A program made the position numbers and the translations under genes. From assembly GCA_965235115.1 (NCBI GenBank), contig OZ249436.1, forward strand, positions 3,412,001 to 3,476,000: DNA of 64,000 bases, in the 5' to 3' direction. The notes beneath the pieces were generated by a model, which ran no database searches, was not told where the DNA came from, and was given only the letters and a program-made list of their open reading frames with translations. Of this stretch, positions 1-11,936 are shown piece by piece (within the stretch, counting starts at the first letter, position 1; the number at the start of each line of letters is the position of its first letter). This DNA comes from Laetmonice hystrix. Its lineage: Eukaryota.

Positions 1-3000
1 ATTTCCACTACCTCACTATAGTGTTTGCATGGCTACTAGGCCAGTCGGTAAGATGTAGGGACTTCTCACTCTACTGGTTGGCCTCCCACACTGCTTGGCC
101 TCACAGTGTACTGTTTGGCCTGACTTTACTCTTTGGCCTCACTGTAGTGTTCGCTGGGCTGCTAGGCCAGCCAGTACCTTGTAGCGATTTCTCACTGTAC
201 CGTTTGTCCTCCCTGTACCGTTTGCTTGTACACAACAGTAGCCAGTAATATAGGGACGCCTCATGTTTCATGTTTCCATGCCTTTATTGTCCAGGAGGCA
301 GGCCATACGTTTCATCTATCATCTACTCCCATCTAATCTGTGTCCCCTAGAGACCATCTGTAAGCGTGCGACAACGTTGTCAGGTCGTCCCAATGACTGT
401 TTGCCGTAGAAGTTTAGTTAACAATGGCAAATGACGTTGTACGCCTTTTCTATATCAGATATCCCATCCCCAAGTAAGAAACAAACAAAGAAAGAGTACA
501 GAGATTTGCAGGCAAGAAACACCAGGGTGCAGCGCAGCTCTACTGAAGCGGCGGCAGAGGCGGTGACTGCACTGCCATCTTCCGGCTACCGGTGGAATCA
601 CCACGTATACCTGGCCGGGCTGGCGGGCACCTATGGCTATTAGGTTAAAGCAATGAGAAGCGGAAAATGGCTCCATTTCTGATACGTCAAATTGAAACTA
701 CGCCCCCCAAAGTTCTTAGGCCAGATGTATAACTGTCAAACGTATAGGTCTCGTACGTTCGCTCCAGATATATGGTTGTGATGTGTATACTTCCCATTTG
801 AGGATCTTCTACAGATTTTAACATTAGATGCTCCTCGCCTGTACCTTTCATTTCCACTACCTTACTGTAGTGCTTGCATGGCTACTAGGCCAGTCGGTAA
901 GATGCAGGGACTTCTCACTCTACTCGTTGGCCTCCCACACTGCTTGGCCTCACAGTGTACTGTTTGGCCTGACTTTACTCTTTGGCCTCACTGTAGTGTT
1001 CGCTGGGGTGCTAGGCCAGCCAGTACCTTGTAGCAATTCCTCACTGTACCGTTGGCCTCCCTGTACCGTTTGCTTGTATACAACAGTAGCCAGTAATATA
1101 GGGACGCCTCATGTTTCATGTTTCCATGCCTTTATTGTCCAGGAGGCAGGCCATACGTTTCGTCTATTATCTACTCCCATCTAATCTATGTCCCCTAGGA
1201 CCATCTGTAAGCGTGCGAACACGTTGTCAGGTCGTCCCAATGACTGTTTGCCGTAAAGGTGTAGTTAACAATGGCAAATGACGTTGTACGCCTTTTCTAT
1301 ATCAGATATCCCATCCCCAAGTAAGAAACAAACAAAGAAAGAGTACAGAGATTTGCAGGCAAGAAACACCAGGGTGCAGCGCAGCTCTACTGAAGCGGCG
1401 GCAGAGGCGGTGACTGCACTGCCATCTTCCGGCTACCGGTGGAATCACCACGTATACCTGGCCGGGCTGGCGGGCACCTGTGGCTCTTAGGTTAAAGCAA
1501 TGAGAAGCGAAAAATGGCTACATTTCTGATACGTCAAATTGAAACTACGCCCCCCAAAGTTATGATTCTTAGGCCAGATGTATAACTGTCAAACGTATAG
1601 GTCTCGTACGTTCGCTACAGATATATGGTTGTGATGTGTATACTTCCCATTTGAGTATCTTCTCCAGATTTTAACATTAGATGCTCCTCGCCAGTACCTT
1701 TGATTTCCACTACCTCACTGTAGTGTTTGCATGGCTACTAGGCCAGTCGGTAAGATGTAGGGACTTCTCACTCTACTGGTTGGCCTCCCACACTGCTTGG
1801 CCTCACAGTGTACTGTTTGGCCTGACTTTACTCTTTGGCCTCACTGTAGTGTTCGCTGGGGTGCTATGCCAGCTAGTACCTTGTAGCGATTTCTCACTGT
1901 ACCGTTTGTCCTCCCTGTACCGTTTGCTTGTACACAACAGTAGCCAGTAATATAGGGACGCCTCATGTTTCATGTTTCCATGCCTTTATTGTCCAGGAGG
2001 CAGGCCATACGTTTCGTCTATTATCTACTCCCATCTAATCTATGTCCCCTAGGACCATCTGTAAGCGTGCGAACACGTTGTCAGGTCGTCCCAATGACTG
2101 TTTGCCGTAAAGGTTTAGTTAACAATGGCAAATGACGTTGTACGCCTTTTCTATATCAGATATCTCATCCCCAAGTAAGAAACAAACAAAGAAAGAGTAC
2201 AGAGATTTGCAGGCAAGAAACACCAGGGTGCAGCGCAGCTCTACTGAAGCGGCGGCAGAGGCGGTGACTGCACTGCCATCTTCCGGCTACCGGTGGAATC
2301 ACCACGTATACCTGGCCGGGCTGGCGGGCACCTGTGGCTCTTAGGTTAAAGCAATGAGAAGCGAAAAATGGCTACATTTCTGATACGTCAAATTAAAACT
2401 ACGCCCCCCAAGGTTATGATTCTTAGGCCAGATGTATAACTGTCAAACGTATAGGTCTCGTACGTTCGCTACAGATATATGGTTGTGATGTGTATACTTC
2501 CCATTTGAGTATCTTCTCCAGATTTTAACATTAGATGCTCCTCGCCAGTACCTTTGATTTCCACTACCTCACTGTAGTGTTTGCATGGCTACTAGGCCAG
2601 TCGGTAAGATGTAGGGACTTCTCACTCTACTGGTTGGCCTCCCACACTGCTTGGCCTCACAGTGTACTGTTTGGCCTGACTTTACTCTTTGGCCTCACTG
2701 TAGTGTTCGCTGGGGTGCTAGGCCAGCCAGTACCTTGTAGCAATTCCTCACTGTACCGTTGGCCTCCCTGTACCGTTTGCTTGGACACAACAGTAGCCAG
2801 TAATATAGGGACGCCTCATGTTTCATGTTTCCATGCCTTTATTGTCCAGGAGGCAGGCCATACGTTTCGTCTATTATCTACTCCCATCTAATCTATGTCC
2901 CCTAGGACCATCTGTAAGCGTGCGAACACGTTGTCAGGTCGTCCCAATGACTGTTTGCCGTAAAGGTTTAGTTAACAATGGCAAATGACGTTGTACGCCT

Positions 3001-6000
3001 TTTCTATATCAGATATCTCATCCCCAAGTAAGAAACAAACAAAGAAAGAGTACAGAGATTTGCAGGCAAGAAACACCAGGGTGCAGCGCAGCTCTACTGA
3101 AGCGGCGGCAGAGGCGGTGACTGCACTGCCATCTTCCGGCTACCGGTGGAATCACCACGTATACCTGGCCGGGCTGGCGGGCACCTATGGCTATTAGGTT
3201 AAAGCAATGAGAAGCGGAAAATGGCTCCATTTCTGATACGTCAAATTGAAACTACGCCCCCCAAAGTTCTTAGGCCAGATGTATAACTGTCAAACGTATA
3301 GGTCTCGTACGTTCGCTCCAGATATATGGTTGTGATGTGTATACTTCCCATTTGAGGATCTTCTACAGATTTTAACATTAGATGCTCCTCGCCTGTACCT
3401 TTCATTTCCACTACCTTACTGTAGTGCTTGCATGGCTACTAGGCCAGTCGGTAAGATGCAGGGACTTCTCACTCTACTCGTTGGCCTCCCACACTGCTTG
3501 GCCTCACAGTGTACTGTTTGGCCTGACTTTACTCTTTGGCCTCACTGTAGTGTTCGCTGGGGTGCTAGGCCAGCCAGTACCTTGTAGCAATTCCTCACTG
3601 TACCGTTGGCCTCCCTGTACCGTTTGCTTGTATACAACAGTAGCCAGTAATATAGGGACGCCTCATGTTTCATGTTTCCATGCCTTTATTGTCCAGGAGG
3701 CAGGCCATACGTTTCGTCTATTATCTACTCCCATCTAATCTATGTCCCCTAGGACCATCTGTAAGCGTGCGAACACGTTGTCAGGTCGTCCCAATGACTG
3801 TTTGCCGTAAAGGTTTAGTTAACAATGGCAAATGACGTTGTACGCCTTTTCTATATCAGATATCCCATCCCCAAGTAAGAAACAAACAAAGAAAGAGTAC
3901 AGAGATTTGCAGGCAAGAAACACCAGGGTGCAGCGCAGCTCTACTGAAGCGGCGGCAGAGGCGGTGACTGCACTGCCATCTTCCGGCTACCGGTGGAATC
4001 ACCACGTATACCTGGCCGGGCTGGCGGGCACCTGTGGCTCTTAGGTTAAAGCAATGAGAAGCGAAAAATGGCTACATTTCTGATACGTCAAATTGAAACT
4101 ACGCCCCCCAAAGTTATGATTCTTAGGCCAGATGTATAACTGTCAAACGTATAGGTCTCGTACGTTCGCTACAGATATATGGTTGTGATGTGTATACTTC
4201 CCATTTGAGTATCCTCTCCAGATTTTAACATTAGATGCTCCTCGCCAGTACCTTTGATTTCCACTACCTCACTGTAGTGTTTGCATGGCTACTAGGCCAG
4301 TCGGTAAGATGTAGGGACTTCTCACTCTACTGGTTGGCCTCCCACACTGCTTGGCCTCACAGTGTACTGTTTGGCCTGACTTTACTCTTTGGCCTCACTG
4401 TAGTGTTCGCTGGGGTGCTATGCCAGCCAGTACCTTGTAGCGATTTCTCACTGTACCGTTTGTCCTCCCTGTACCGTTTGCTTGTACACAACAGTAGCCA
4501 GTAATATAGGGACGCCTCATGTTTCATGTTTCCATGCCTTTATTGTCCAGGAGGCAGGCCATACGTTTCGTCTATTATCTACTCCCATCTAATCTATGTC
4601 CCCTAGGACCATCTGTAAGCGTGCGAACACGTTGTCAGGTCGTCCCAATGACCGTTTGCCGTAAAGGTTTAGTTAACAATGGCAAATGACGTTGTACGTC
4701 TTTTCTATATCAGATGTCCCATCCCCAAGTAAGAAACAAAGAAAGAAAGAGTACAGAGATTTGCAGGCAAGAAACACCAGGGTGCAGCGCAGCTCTACTG
4801 AAGCGGCGGCAGAGGCGGTGACTGCACTGCCATCTTCCGGCTACCGGTGGAATCACCACGTATACCTGGCCGGGCTGGCGGGCACCTGTGGCTCTTAGGT
4901 TAAAGCAATGAGAAGCGGAAAATGGCTACATTTCTGATACGTCAAATTGAAACTACGCCCCCCAAAGTTATGATTCTTAGGCCAGATGTATAACTGTCAA
5001 ACGTATAGGTCTCGTACGTTCGCTACAGATATATGGTTGTGATGTGTATACTTACCATTTGAGTATCTTCTCCAGATTTTACCATTAGATGCTCCTCGCC
5101 AGTACCTTTGATTTCCACTACCTCACTATAGTGTTTGCATGGCTACTAGGCCAGTCGGTAAGATGTAGGGACTTCTCACTCTACTGGTTGGCCTCCCACA
5201 CTGCTTGGCCTCACAGTGTACTGTTTGGCCTGACTTTACTCTTTGGCCTCACTGTAGTGTTCGCTGGGCTGCTAGGCCAGCCAGTACCTTGTAGCGATTT
5301 CTCACTGTACCGTTTGTCCTCCCTGTACCGTTTGCTTGTACACAACAGTAGCCAGTAATATAGGGACGCCTCATGTTTCATGTTTCCATGCCTTTATTGT
5401 CCAGGAGGCAGGCCATACGTTTCATCTATCATCTACTCCCATCTAATCTGTGTCCCCTAGAGACCATCTGTAAGCGTGCGACAACGTTGTCAGGTCGTCC
5501 CAATGACTGTTTGCCGTAGAAGTTTAGTTAACAATGGCAAATGACGTTGTACGCCTTTTCTATATCAGATATCCCATCCCCAAGTAAGAAACAAACAAAG
5601 AAAGAGTACAGAGATTTGCAGGCAAGAAACACCAGGGTGCAGCGCAGCTCTACTGAAGCGGCGGCAGAGGCGGTGACTGCACTGCCATCTTCCGGCTACC
5701 GGTGGAATCACCACGTATACCTGGCCGGGCTGGCGGGCACCTATGGCTATTAGGTTAAAGCAATGAGAAGCGGAAAATGGCTCCATTTCTGATACGTCAA
5801 ATTGAAACTACGCCCCCCAAAGTTCTTAGGCCAGATGTATAACTGTCAAACGTATAGGTCTCGTACGTTCGCTCCAGATATATGGTTGTGATGTGTATAC
5901 TTCCCATTTGAGGATCTTCTCCAGATTTTAACATTAGATGCTCCTCGCCAGTACCTTTGATTTCCACTACCTCACTGTAGTGTTTGCATGGCTACTAGGC

Positions 6001-8461
6001 CAGTCGGTAAGATGTAGGGACTTCTCACTCTACTGGTTGGCCTCCCACACTGCTTGGCCTCACAGTGTACTGTTTGGCCTGACTTTACTCTTTGGCCTCA
6101 CTGTAGTGTTCGCTGGGGTGCTATGCCAGCCAGTACCTTGTAGCGATTTCTCACTGTACCGTTTGTCCTCCCTGTACCGTTTGCTTGTACACAACAGTAG
6201 CCAGTAATATAGGGACGCCTCATGTTTCATGTTTCCATGCCTTTATTGTCCAGGAGGCAGGCCATACGTTTCGTCTATTATCTACTCCCATCTAATCTAT
6301 GTCCCCTAGGACCATCTGTAAGCGTGCGAACACGTTGTCAGGTCGTCCCAATGACTGTTTGCCGTAAAGGTTTAGTTAACAATGGCAAATGACGTTGTAC
6401 GCCTTTTCTATATCAGATATCTCATCCCCAAGTAAGAAACAAACAAAGAAAGAGTACAGAGATTTGCAGGCAAGAAACACCAGGGTGCAGCGCAGCTCTA
6501 CTGAAGCGGCGGCAGAGGCGGTGACTGCACTGCCATCTTCCGGCTACCGGTGGAATCACCACGTATACCTGGCCGGGCTGGCGGGCACCTGTGGCTCTTA
6601 GGTTAAAGCAATGAGAAGCGGAAAATGGCTACATTTCTGATACGTCAAATTGAAACTACGCCCCCCAAAGTTATGATTCTTAGGCCAGATGTATAACTGT
6701 CAAACGTATAGGTCTCGTACGTTCGCTACAGATATATGGTTGTGATGTGTATACTTACCATTTGAGTATCTTCTCCAGATTTTACCATTAGATGCTCCTC
6801 GCCAGTACCTTTGATTTCCACTACCTCACTATAGTGTTTGCATGGCTACTAGGCCAGTCGGTAAGATGTAGGGACTTCTCACTCTACTGGTTGGCCTCCC
6901 ACACTGCTTGGCCTCACAGTGTACTGTTTGGCCTGACTTTACTCTTTGGCCTCACTGTAGTGTTCGCTGGGCTGCTAGGCCAGCCAGTACCTTGTAGCGA
7001 TTTCTCACTGTACCGTTTGTCCTCCCTGTACCGTTTGCTTGTACACAACAGTAGCCAGTAATATAGGGACGCCTCATGTTTCATGTTTCCATGCCTTTAT
7101 TGTCCAGGAGGCAGGCCATACGTTTCATCTATCATCTACTCCCATCTAATCTGTGTCCCCTAGAGACCATCTGTAAGCGTGCGACAACGTTGTCAGGTCG
7201 TCCCAATGACTGTTTGCCGTAGAAGTTTAGTTAACAATGGCAAATGACGTTGTACGCCTTTTCTATATCAGATATCCCATCCCCAAGTAAGAAACAAACA
7301 AAGAAAGAGTACAGAGATTTGCAGGCAAGAAACACCAGGGTGCAGCGCAGCTCTACTGAAGCGGCGGCAGAGGCGGTGACTGCACTGCCATCTTCCGGCT
7401 ACCGGTGGAATCACCACGTATACCTGGCCGGGCTGGCGGGCACCTGTGGCTCTTAGGTTAAAGCAATGAGAAGCGAAAAATGGCTACATTTCTGATACGT
7501 CAAATTGAAACTACGCCCCCCAAAGTTATGATTCTTAGGCCAGATGTATAACTGTCAAACGTATAGGTCTCGTACGTTCGCTACAGATATATGGTTGTGA
7601 TGTGTATACTTCCCATTTGAGTATCTTCTCCAGATTTTAACATTAGATGCTCCTCGCCAGTACCTTTGATTTCCACTACCTCACTGTAGTGTTTGCATGG
7701 CTACTAGGCCAGTCGGTAAGATGTAGGGACTTCTCACTCTACTGGTTGGCCTCCCACACTGCTTGGCCTCACAGTGTACTGTTTGGCCTGACTTTACTCT
7801 TTGGCCTCACTGTAGTGTTCGCTGGGGTGCTATGCCAGCTAGTACCTTGTAGCGATTTCTCACTGTACCGTTTGTCCTCCCTGTACCGTTTGCTTGTACA
7901 CAACAGTAGCCAGTAATATAGGGACGCCTCATGTTTCATGTTTCCATGCCTTTATTGTCCAGGAGGCAGGCCATACGTTTCGTCTATTATCTACTCCCAT
8001 CTAATCTATGTCCCCTAGGACCATCTGTAAGCGTGCGAACACGTTGTCAGGTCGTCCCAATGACTGTTTGCCGTAAAGGTTTAGTTAACAATGGCAAATG
8101 ACGTTGTACGCCTTTTCTATATCAGATATCTCATCCCCAAGTAAGAAACAAACAAAGAAAGAGTACAGAGATTTGCAGGCAAGAAACACCAGGGTGCAGC
8201 GCAGCTCTACTGAAGCGGCGGCAGAGGCGGTGACTGCACTGCCATCTTCCGGCTACCGGTGGAATCACCACGTATACCTGGCCGGGCTGGCGGGCACCTG
8301 TGGCTCTTAGGTTAAAGCAATGAGAAGCGAAAAATGGCTACATTTCTGATACGTCAAATTAAAACTACGCCCCCCAAGGTTATGATTCTTAGGCCAGATG
8401 TATAACTGTCAAACGTATAGGTCTCGTACGTTCGCTACAGATATATGGTTGTGATGTGTAT
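1..8461. repeat. Tandem satellite array, ~847-855 bp monomer, ~10 copies (left of insertion; continues beyond the window start)
   Basis: The same sequence and the same short ORFs recur every 847-855 bp (e.g. the 70-aa ORF at 431, 1278, 2132, 2985). The last monomer is cut at ...GTGATGTGTAT (8461). Confidence 0.98.
8456..8461 (+). repeat. Left target site duplication GTGTAT
   Basis: The empty monomer reads GATGTGTATACTTCCC. GTGTAT occurs on both sides of the element, and 6 bp is typical of Polinton TSDs. Confidence 0.96.
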
Positions 8462-8470
8462 AGTAGTACT

Positions 8471-8610
8471 GGGGCCGTTATAAAGTCCAAATCAATGTCA
8501 AGGTCATCCTGGGGTCAAGGTCACCGGTCAAGGTCACGGACGTGACCTTGACCGGTGACCTTGACACCCAGGGTGACCTTGACATTGACTAGGACTTTAT
8601 AACCGACCCC
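8471..8610. repeat. 140-bp imperfect palindrome (hairpin) in the left TIR; mirror copy at 27189-27328
   Basis: GGGGCCGTTATAAAGTCC...AGGTCACG-GA-CGTGACCT...GGACTTTATAACCGACCCC is self-complementary around 8539-8540. Confidence 0.93.
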
Positions 8611-8670
8611 AAATTTGAATAATAGGTTTCTTTTTTAGATGATAACGTTTTTTGTACGTGAGATGAAAGT

Positions 8671-9038
8671 TGTAGAACGAGCACATGATGATGTGTGTTA
8701 GGTGAACGTTGTTTGATAATGAAAGTTATAGAACGAGTACATGATGATGTATGTTAGGTGAACGTTGTTCGATAATGAAAGTTATAGAACGAGTACATGA
8801 TGATGTATATTAGGTGAACGTTGTTCGATAATGAACATTGTAGAACGAGTATTATGATGATGTGTGTTAGGTGAACGTTGTTTGATAATGAAAGTTATAG
8901 AACGAGTACATGATGATGTATATTAGGTGAACGTTGTTCGATAATGAACATTGTAGAACGAGTATTATGATGATGTGTGTTAGGTGAACGTTGTTTGATA
9001 ATGAAAATTGTAGAAGGAGCACATGATGATGTGTATGC
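8671..9038 (+). repeat. 56/57-bp minisatellite in the left TIR (~6.5 units)
   Basis: Unit T(G/A)TAGAACGAGTACATGATGATGT..TTAGGTGAACGTTGTT(T/C)GATAATGAA starting at 8671, 8727, 8783, 8839, 8896, 8952 and 9009 (partial). Confidence 0.95.
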
Positions 9039-9357
9039 AGATGACTTGGTAATGAGGCGAGAGGTGTGATGTCGGTTGACCATATTGGTTGACCAAGGTC
9101 AACGACCTTGAGCCAACGGCCTTGACCGGTTGACCTTGACGTTGACATGACGTTGGCCGTTCCAGCTGACGGTGTGGTGGGGGATATGAATGAAAGGTAA
9201 TGGAGAGGTAACTGAAAAACTAGGTCAGCAGGTGTAAATGAATGGTAGCCAAAATGAGATGATAATAAAAGAGGTGAGGTGTGGACAAGAGGTGTGTGGA
9301 CTGAACGGATAGTTGGACGAAGAATCGAATCGAAAAAAAAAAATGGAACTGAACAAC

Positions 9358-10356
9358 ATGAAGAGGATAAACAATGCTGTAGAGGCAAAAATGGAATGTG
9401 TGTTTGAAACGTTGGTACTGGCGGAAAGGTCCTTGAAAAGATGCGATGACAAGTTTCGTATTGTGAGTACAGATAAGCTTAGACAGTCTGCAAGTGACGT
9501 GAATATACAAATGGCACGTCCAACAGAAAAGCTTGACGGGACATGTGTCCTAATTGAAACTTATGAAGGCAAGCCTTGGTTGTGGGTGAGACACGATCGG
9601 AAGCCAACCAAAGCTGCAAGACGTCGTTTTAAAAAGTTTGAGAGAGAACTTACACCCGGATCACGTGTGGGAAAAGGTGTTTTTGAATGGAACGTGGAGA
9701 CTGACTTTAATGACGTTCCTGTGAACTGGAAAGCAGCTGGCGGTGTGCCTATAATAGGTGACGTTCCACAACCAGATAGTCGAGGACATACGATGGGTTG
9801 GGTTCCATTAGACTGTCATAATGGTTCACACGTATGGCATGCAAGCACAATTGATTCGGATATCGGAGTTGGACTCGTTCTTCGGCCTTTAAAGTGTCAA
9901 ACAGACCTTGAATTGGAATTAACTGTTGTACCTTTGGAAGACTTGCAAGGTTCAACGATGGAATTGATTGGGACAAATGTTAATGGTAATCCATATAAAT
10001 TAGGCTCGAAAAAGCGACCTGTCCATTTCCTTGTGCAGCACGGCAGCATTGAGTTAGATGGAACGAGAGTAAGGCCTGATAAGAATGACTTGTTGGAATG
10101 GTTTGCATCGCGTGAAGGACGTGTTGAAGGTGTTGTTTGGCACTGTACAAATGGACAAATGTTTAAAGTTCATCGCCATCATGTTAACCTACCCTGGCCA
10201 TTGGAAGGTAGGGCAACCTTACTGACGAGGCCTCTTACTCTGAACACAGGAGGGTATGATTTCCAGCCCGACTACATGATGGCAGTAGGTAAACAGTTTA
10301 ATGGCAGACGTTTTGAATCACTCTGGAAGTTAAATATCATGTTCATGGTCGAGTAG
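9358..10356 (+). CDS. RLIG1: ATP-dependent 5'-3' RNA ligase, RLIG1/C12orf29 family homologue (332 aa from ATG 9358; alternative ATG at 9343)
   Basis: Nucleotidyltransferase motif I (PTEKLDGT, Lys codon 9529-9531), then WVRHDRKP, WNVETDF, GHTMGWVP, ELIGTNVNGNPYKLGSKKRPVHFLVQHG, EGRVEGVVWHC and FKVHRHH..LPWP. These are collinear over the full length with human C12orf29/RLIG1 as I recall it. Confidence 0.9.
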   Translation: MKRINNAVEAKMECVFETLVLAERSLKRCDDKFRIVSTDKLRQSASDVNIQMARPTEKLDGTCVLIETYEGKPWLWVRHDRKPTKAARRRFKKFERELTPGSRVGKGVFEWNVETDFNDVPVNWKAAGGVPIIGDVPQPDSRGHTMGWVPLDCHNGSHVWHASTIDSDIGVGLVLRPLKCQTDLELELTVVPLEDLQGSTMELIGTNVNGNPYKLGSKKRPVHFLVQHGSIELDGTRVRPDKNDLLEWFASREGRVEGVVWHCTNGQMFKVHRHHVNLPWPLEGRATLLTRPLTLNTGGYDFQPDYMMAVGKQFNGRRFESLWKLNIMFMVE

Positions 10357-10390
10357 GAACGTGTAGGACAGTGGTCCCTCCCCCAACATG

Positions 10391-10419
10391 ATTGGTTGAT
10401 TGGGAAGGACATATAAATA
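10391..10419 (+). promoter_or_regulatory. Putative Pol II promoter for the ATPase (two ATTGG/CCAAT boxes plus TATAAATA)
   Basis: ATTGG at 10391 and 10399, TATAAATA at 10412-10419, about 90 nt upstream of ATG 10506. Confidence 0.5.
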
Positions 10420-10505
10420 GGTCACAGTGGAATGACATCACTATGTTAATGTTCTGCGATAGAGTCGTTACTCAGAGCGCGTTGACTTGGTCGATAGATA
10501 GTAGA

Positions 10506-11192
10506 ATGGACCCGAGGACAACAAAGTGGTGGGAAACAACCAGCCTGGCCCCTTTTAAAGAGAGGTCCAGCATATGCGTGGTTGGTGGCACGGGAAGTGG
10601 AAAAACGTACTGGACGTTCAGACTGCTGCAAAATATGCCTGGCATGTTTGAAGGAGAGGCACCTCAAAAGATTCTCTACTGTTACGGAGTTTGGCAGTCG
10701 TTGTATGATGAAATGGACAGCGTAATACCCGGGCTAATCTTTCACGAGGGTCTGCCATCCCCTTCGACGTTGGACGAACTCTCTGCTGATGGGGGACACC
10801 ACGTCATAATCATCGACGATCTGATAGATCAGATGGTAAAGAGTCCAGATATGGAACTGTTACTCACGAGGGGCTGCCATCACAAAAACCTGAGCGTCCT
10901 GTACCTAACTCAAAACCTGTTTCAAGGTGGGAAGAACGCTCGCACTATTGCACTGAATACCTGGTATTTGGTCATTTTTAAAAACCTGAGGGATGCCTCG
11001 CAAATAGGGTACTTGGCAGCCCAAATGTTTCCTGGGAAGAAGAGTGTTTTGAAAGAAGCCTATCAGGACGCGACCAAAGAACCCTATGGTTGTCTGGTGA
11101 TTGACAGCTCGCCTCATGCCGACGAGAAATACAGGTTGCGGACGCGAATATTTCCAAACGAAGATCCTGTAGTGTACGTTCCAAAGATATAA
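10506..11192 (+). CDS. A32/FtsK-like genome packaging ATPase (228 aa from the likely ATG at 10506)
   Basis: Walker A GGTGSGKT, Walker B IIIIDD, and the Polinton ATPase motifs TRGCHHKNLSVLYLTQNLF and RTIALNTWYLVIFKNLRD. Confidence 0.95.
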   Translation: MDPRTTKWWETTSLAPFKERSSICVVGGTGSGKTYWTFRLLQNMPGMFEGEAPQKILYCYGVWQSLYDEMDSVIPGLIFHEGLPSPSTLDELSADGGHHVIIIDDLIDQMVKSPDMELLLTRGCHHKNLSVLYLTQNLFQGGKNARTIALNTWYLVIFKNLRDASQIGYLAAQMFPGKKSVLKEAYQDATKEPYGCLVIDSSPHADEKYRLRTRIFPNEDPVVYVPKI

Positions 11193-11239
11193 AAGTAAGT
11201 CGCGGGGTTCCTGGATGATTAGTGTGACCAGAGAACGTC

Positions 11240-11566
11240 ATGAGTAAACGCGTCAGAGCAAACTGGCCACTGATACAGTATTTGATGCAAACACTACCAC
11301 CGGTGCAGTTGAAAGCAGTCTTGACCACGCTGACATCTGATCAAGTGAATGCCTTGGGGGAGATTGCAGTAAATGTGTTGTATGGAACGATACCCATAAC
11401 GGCTGCCTACAAGCGTAACGGAAAGCGTTTTGCATCGAAGATCGAGTACATTGGAGATTCAACCCATAGCTGGAAAAAAAGAAGGACATTGATTCAAGCT
11501 AACGCCAATATCGTTCACTTCTTACTCAATGCAGCAAAGCCTTTCCTGAAAAGTCTTATACAATGA
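11240..11566 (+). CDS. Small Polinton hypothetical protein (108 aa)
   Basis: Clean ORF preceded by TATAAAAG (11188-11195). Its stop overlaps the next start (ATGA), and it lies in the structural gene block. Confidence 0.7.
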   Translation: MSKRVRANWPLIQYLMQTLPPVQLKAVLTTLTSDQVNALGEIAVNVLYGTIPITAAYKRNGKRFASKIEYIGDSTHSWKKRRTLIQANANIVHFLLNAAKPFLKSLIQ

Positions 11567-11901
11567 GTTCCAGGAAAATGGTTCTAGTGCCTATAGACAA
11601 ATACAATATTTTGCAAAAGTATCAAGTGGCAAAATCTCCCGCAGGCAGTGTGCTGGCCAATGCTGTGACGTCACCTTTAAACAGAGGAAAAGAAACACCC
11701 GAAACCCAAGAAGTCAGGGGAAAAGAAGAAGAAAAAGAAGAAGAAGAAGAAACTGTAGCCTCTCAACAAGTGATTCGACCCGACCTGACTCGTTTGAAGG
11801 TCGATGAATTAACCAGGAGAAGCAACAGGGCAATGAGGAGGAAACGTCGTCCCTCAAGAACAGACCAAAGCTTTAAGCGTGCCTCGTGGATCAAGATCTA
11901 G
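11563..11901 (+). CDS. Small hypothetical protein (112 aa) with an acidic run and basic C-terminus
   Basis: ATGA-coupled to the upstream ORF. N-terminal KMVLVP, poly-E tract, RRKRR and terminal WIKI. Confidence 0.6.
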   Translation: MSSRKMVLVPIDKYNILQKYQVAKSPAGSVLANAVTSPLNRGKETPETQEVRGKEEEKEEEEETVASQQVIRPDLTRLKVDELTRRSNRAMRRKRRPSRTDQSFKRASWIKI

Positions 11902-11936
11902 CTACACAGCAGTATACAGTCGTGACCAGGTCAGCC

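Larger units (their letters stand above)
8462..9118 (+). repeat. Left terminal inverted repeat (657 bp; degenerate similarity extends to ~9160)
   Basis: Reverse complement of 26568-27337, apart from a 2-nt difference at 8621-8622 and a 113-bp minisatellite copy-number difference. Confidence 0.96.

Noticed and set aside
8671..9038. Regularly spaced repeats resembling a CRISPR array
   Set aside because: The units are contiguous with no unique spacers, there are no cas genes, and the context is eukaryotic. This is a minisatellite.
8867..9388. ORFs over the TIR minisatellite (also 26365-26819)
   Set aside because: Translations of repeat sequence, mirrored in both TIRs, with no protein-like features.
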